Positions 7,335 to 9,550 of a DNA stretch of 9,550 nt are shown piece after piece. The notes under the pieces were generated by a model. It was not told the origin of the DNA. It searched no databases and saw only the letters and a program-made list of their open reading frames with translations. This DNA is from an uncultured archaeon. GTDB taxonomy: Archaea; Iainarchaeota; Iainarchaeia; Iainarchaeales; CSSED10-239. The position numbers and the translations under genes are program-made. Numbering within the stretch: position 1 is the first letter of the stretch; each line of letters opens with the position of its first letter. The DNA is taken from the NCBI GenBank assembly GCA_964496765.1, contig CAZCAP010000017.1:1-9550 (forward strand), in the 5' to 3' direction.

Positions 7335-8854
7335 TTAAAAATCACTTTTTCTTCTAATTTATTTAATAATTCCTCATTTCTTATAATATCTATAACTTTG
7401 TCTATATCTTTATAAAAAATCCTGTCCTTATCTATAAATTTTGATATTTTTCTTATTTCTTCATAAATTATTTCTGATCCTACACCAGCTTTTAATGGCC
7501 TCTTAAAATCCAAAGCTTGACAACCACATAATAATTCAATGGCTATAATTGCTTGTGTATTTTTAATAATTTCTCTAAGCTTTCTAGAAGCATTTGTTGC
7601 CATTGACACGTGGTCTTCCTGATCTCCAGATACAGAAATACTATCAATGGTTGCAGGTGTTGCAAGTATTTTGTTTTCATTAATTAATCCTGCTTGTGTA
7701 TATTGTGCAATCATTAATCCAGAATCTAATCCTTCTGATTTTATTAAGAAAGCTGGTAATGATCCATTAAGATTTGGATTAAGTAGTCTATTGGTTCTTC
7801 TTTCACTTAAATTACCAAGATCCGTAATAGCTATAGATAATAAATCCATTACTAAACCAACTGGTTCACCGTGAAAATTACCACCTGCCAAATATGTTTC
7901 AGATTCTGTAATAAACACAGGATTATCCACAACAGAATTTATTTCTATTAGGATTTGTTTTTTAGTATACTCTAAAGCATCCTTAAAAGCTCCTGTAACC
8001 TGAGGAGTACATCTTAATGAATAGCAAGATTGTGTTTCTGTTTTCTTTTGTGCAAGTATTTCTGAATCTTTTATTAAATTTAGTAAATTTTCTGCAACAT
8101 CTCTCTGTCCTTTATATGGTCTTAAATCCATTAATCTTTTATCAAAGGCCATAGTAACTGTATTTAACACATCAATTGTTAATGCACCAGAGGCTTGTGA
8201 TAATTTAATTAATCTTTCTGTATCATAAATATTTAAACAAGCATAGGCAGACATAAACTGTGTTCCATTAAATAATGCTAACCCTTCTCTAGGCATTAAT
8301 CTTATGGGTTCTATATTTTCTTTTTTAAATACTTCTTTTGTTTCTAATCTTTCACCTTTATATATAACTTCACCTTCTCCAATTATAGGTAACATTGCTT
8401 GACTTAGAGGCGCTAGATCTCCTGATGTCCCCACAGATCCTTTCTCGTAAATTACAGGAATAATGTTTTTATTTAGTAATTCAACAATTCTATTGATTAT
8501 TATAAGCCTAACACCAGAATAACCTTTTACTAATGTATTTAATCTTAAAAGAACTGCTGCTCTTGCAATTTCTAATGGTGCGGGATTACCAGTTCCTGCT
8601 GCGTGTGCTCTTAGCATTCTTTCAGATAATTCTCCACCAAGATCATTTGACAATATACAATTTCCAAAACCTCCAATTCCAGTGTTTACACCATACATTA
8701 TTTCTCCTTTATCTAAGAGGCCTAATAACATATTCCAATTATCTTCCACTTTTTTTTTATTTACGTTAGGTACTTTTATCATAGCTCCAAATCTACCTAC
8801 ATTAACAACATCTTCTATACTTAGGTTGTTTCCATCAACAATAACTTCTCTCAT
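7331..8854 (-). CDS. Aromatic amino acid ammonia-lyase family enzyme, closest in motifs to histidine ammonia-lyase, with a Thr-Ser-Gly cofactor tripeptide
   Basis: YGVNTGIGGFGN, RAHAAGTG, LVKGYSGVR, GSVGTSGDLAPLSQ, CYSLRCTPQVTGA, SVVDNPVF, GGNFHGEPV, LSERR, QEDHVSMATNASRKL, ELLCGCQALDFK. GGAG ribosome site upstream of ATG 8854. Exact substrate not assigned. Confidence 0.9.
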   Translation of the reverse strand: MREVIVDGNNLSIEDVVNVGRFGAMIKVPNVNKKKVEDNWNMLLGLLDKGEIMYGVNTGIGGFGNCILSNDLGGELSERMLRAHAAGTGNPAPLEIARAAVLLRLNTLVKGYSGVRLIIINRIVELLNKNIIPVIYEKGSVGTSGDLAPLSQAMLPIIGEGEVIYKGERLETKEVFKKENIEPIRLMPREGLALFNGTQFMSAYACLNIYDTERLIKLSQASGALTIDVLNTVTMAFDKRLMDLRPYKGQRDVAENLLNLIKDSEILAQKKTETQSCYSLRCTPQVTGAFKDALEYTKKQILIEINSVVDNPVFITESETYLAGGNFHGEPVGLVMDLLSIAITDLGNLSERRTNRLLNPNLNGSLPAFLIKSEGLDSGLMIAQYTQAGLINENKILATPATIDSISVSGDQEDHVSMATNASRKLREIIKNTQAIIAIELLCGCQALDFKRPLKAGVGSEIIYEEIRKISKFIDKDRIFYKDIDKVIDIIRNEELLNKLEEKVIFK

Positions 8855-8891
8855 TTTTAATCATCTCCACAAATAATTTTGTAATTTTAAG

Positions 8892-8964
8892 GGTCCGAAC
8901 CGGGATTCGAACCCGGGTCCTAAGATCCACAGTCTTAGATGCTAACCACTACACAACTCGGACC
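8892..8964 (-). tRNA. tRNA-His, anticodon GTG
   Basis: Minus strand GGTCCGAGTTGTGTAGTGGTTAGCATCTAAGACTGTGGATCTTAGGACCCGGGTTCGAATCCCGGTTCGGACC. Acceptor GTCCGAG/TTCGGAC (one G-U), extra G-1 opposite C73, D arm GTG/CAT, anticodon stem TAAGA/TCTTA with loop CTGTGGA, T arm CCGGG-TTCGAAT-CCCGG. CCA is not encoded. Confidence 0.95.
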
Positions 8965-8976
8965 ATTAACTACTAT

Positions 8977-9238
8977 TCAGTTTGTTATTACCACCCTATC
9001 ATTATCTACTCTGATAGATACGTTATCAAAGAAACCTAATGACTTTCTAACAGAAGATGGTATTGTTATTCTATTCTTGGAATCAACAGCGATGGGCTAA
9101 TCTATAATTAGTTGATATAATTAATTTAGAATTAATTAAATCGAAATCGTAACTTAAACTAGAGTTATCTTTAAACAAGTTAGTTATTTGTTTTGATAAT
9201 CTAATTCTTCCCTTATCATCAATTTTTGTTTTTTCCAT
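8977..9238 (-). pseudogene. Tandem AbrB/SpoVT-like swapped-hairpin protein interrupted by a +1 frame change
   Basis: GGAGTGAG ribosome site, then ATG 9238: MEKTKIDDKGRIRLSKQITNLFKDNSSLSYDFDLINSKLISTNYRLAHRC* (stop 9086-9088). The +1 frame continues PIAVDSKNRITIPSSVRKSLGFFDNVSIRVDNDRVVITN* (stop 8977-8979). Both halves carry the AbrB pattern D.KGRI.. / DSKNRITIPSSVRK.LG. Not in the supplied ORF track because each half is short. Pseudogene versus recoded gene is unresolved. Confidence 0.6.
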
Positions 9239-9344
9239 AAATTAAACTCACTCCTTTTTATTGGAATTATAAATAATTTATGAAACAAAGGTTTTAAAAG
9301 AATTGGTGGGCAAAAGCTGTCCAAGAAATATAACATACGTTTGG

Positions 9345-9533
9345 CTAAATCTCATGAAAATTCATTTTATATAATTCAGGAAGATATAAATCAATTGCTT
9401 CTGTAATATTTTGCATTGCTTCTTCTTTTGAGTCACCCTGTGATATACACCCAGGTAATTGAGGAACATAAACAGTATATCCACCTTCTAATTGCTTTTC
9501 AAAAATCACATCTATTTTCATAACATCACACAT
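9345..9533 (-). CDS. HicB-like antitoxin family small protein
   Basis: MKIDVIFEKQLEGGYTVYVPQLPGCISQGDSKEEAMQNITEAIDLYLPEL matches the HicB pattern EGGY.V..P.LPGC.S.GDT.EEA..NI.EAI..YL. Likely start ATG 9521. Confidence 0.85.
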   Translation of the reverse strand: MCDVMKIDVIFEKQLEGGYTVYVPQLPGCISQGDSKEEAMQNITEAIDLYLPELYKMNFHEI

Positions 9534-9550
9534 ATAATAGGTATAGATAG

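Noticed and set aside
6634-8876. Plus-strand ORFs 6634..6897, 7093..7281, 7647..7874, 8533..8769, 8682..8876
   Set aside because: All are antisense to the amidase or lyase, whose conserved motifs are clear. The translations look like reverse-complement artefacts.
1-9550. CRISPR array, transposase or phage module
   Set aside because: No regularly spaced direct repeats, no transposase or integrase motif and no phage structural ORFs were seen on either strand.

Overview
AT-rich window, probably from an archaeon (likely DPANN-like): archaeal-type AlaRS and HisRS, strong Shine-Dalgarno sites, short TATA-like elements. The housekeeping genes are alaS (minus), hisS (minus) and a tRNA-His(GTG) (minus) whose encoded G-1 pairs with C73. 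Around them is an unusual histidine-themed neighbourhood. On the minus strand, tRNA-His is followed by a histidine ammonia-lyase-family enzyme with a Thr-Ser-Gly cofactor tripeptide, a nitrilase-superfamily amidase (ATGA overlap) and hisS. Convergent to this is a plus-strand radical SAM reading frame running into a region that looks like an EgtD-type (histidine N-alpha-methyltransferase, Methyltransf_33-like) domain. The radical SAM frame breaks by +1 near 4076-4102. A short tandem AbrB-like gene at 8977-9238 also breaks by +1. Both breaks carry the same CCYATCGCTG sequence in the same codon phase, and both reach a TGA-T stop. The 5' leader of the radical SAM gene holds a possible 23-codon aromatic-rich mini-ORF (MMKINKSNLGSFSIIDKYAYWYY) and mutually exclusive inverted repeats ahead of a strong Shine-Dalgarno. 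A HicB-like antitoxin ORF lies at the right edge. All calls come from reading motifs by eye; no database search was run.
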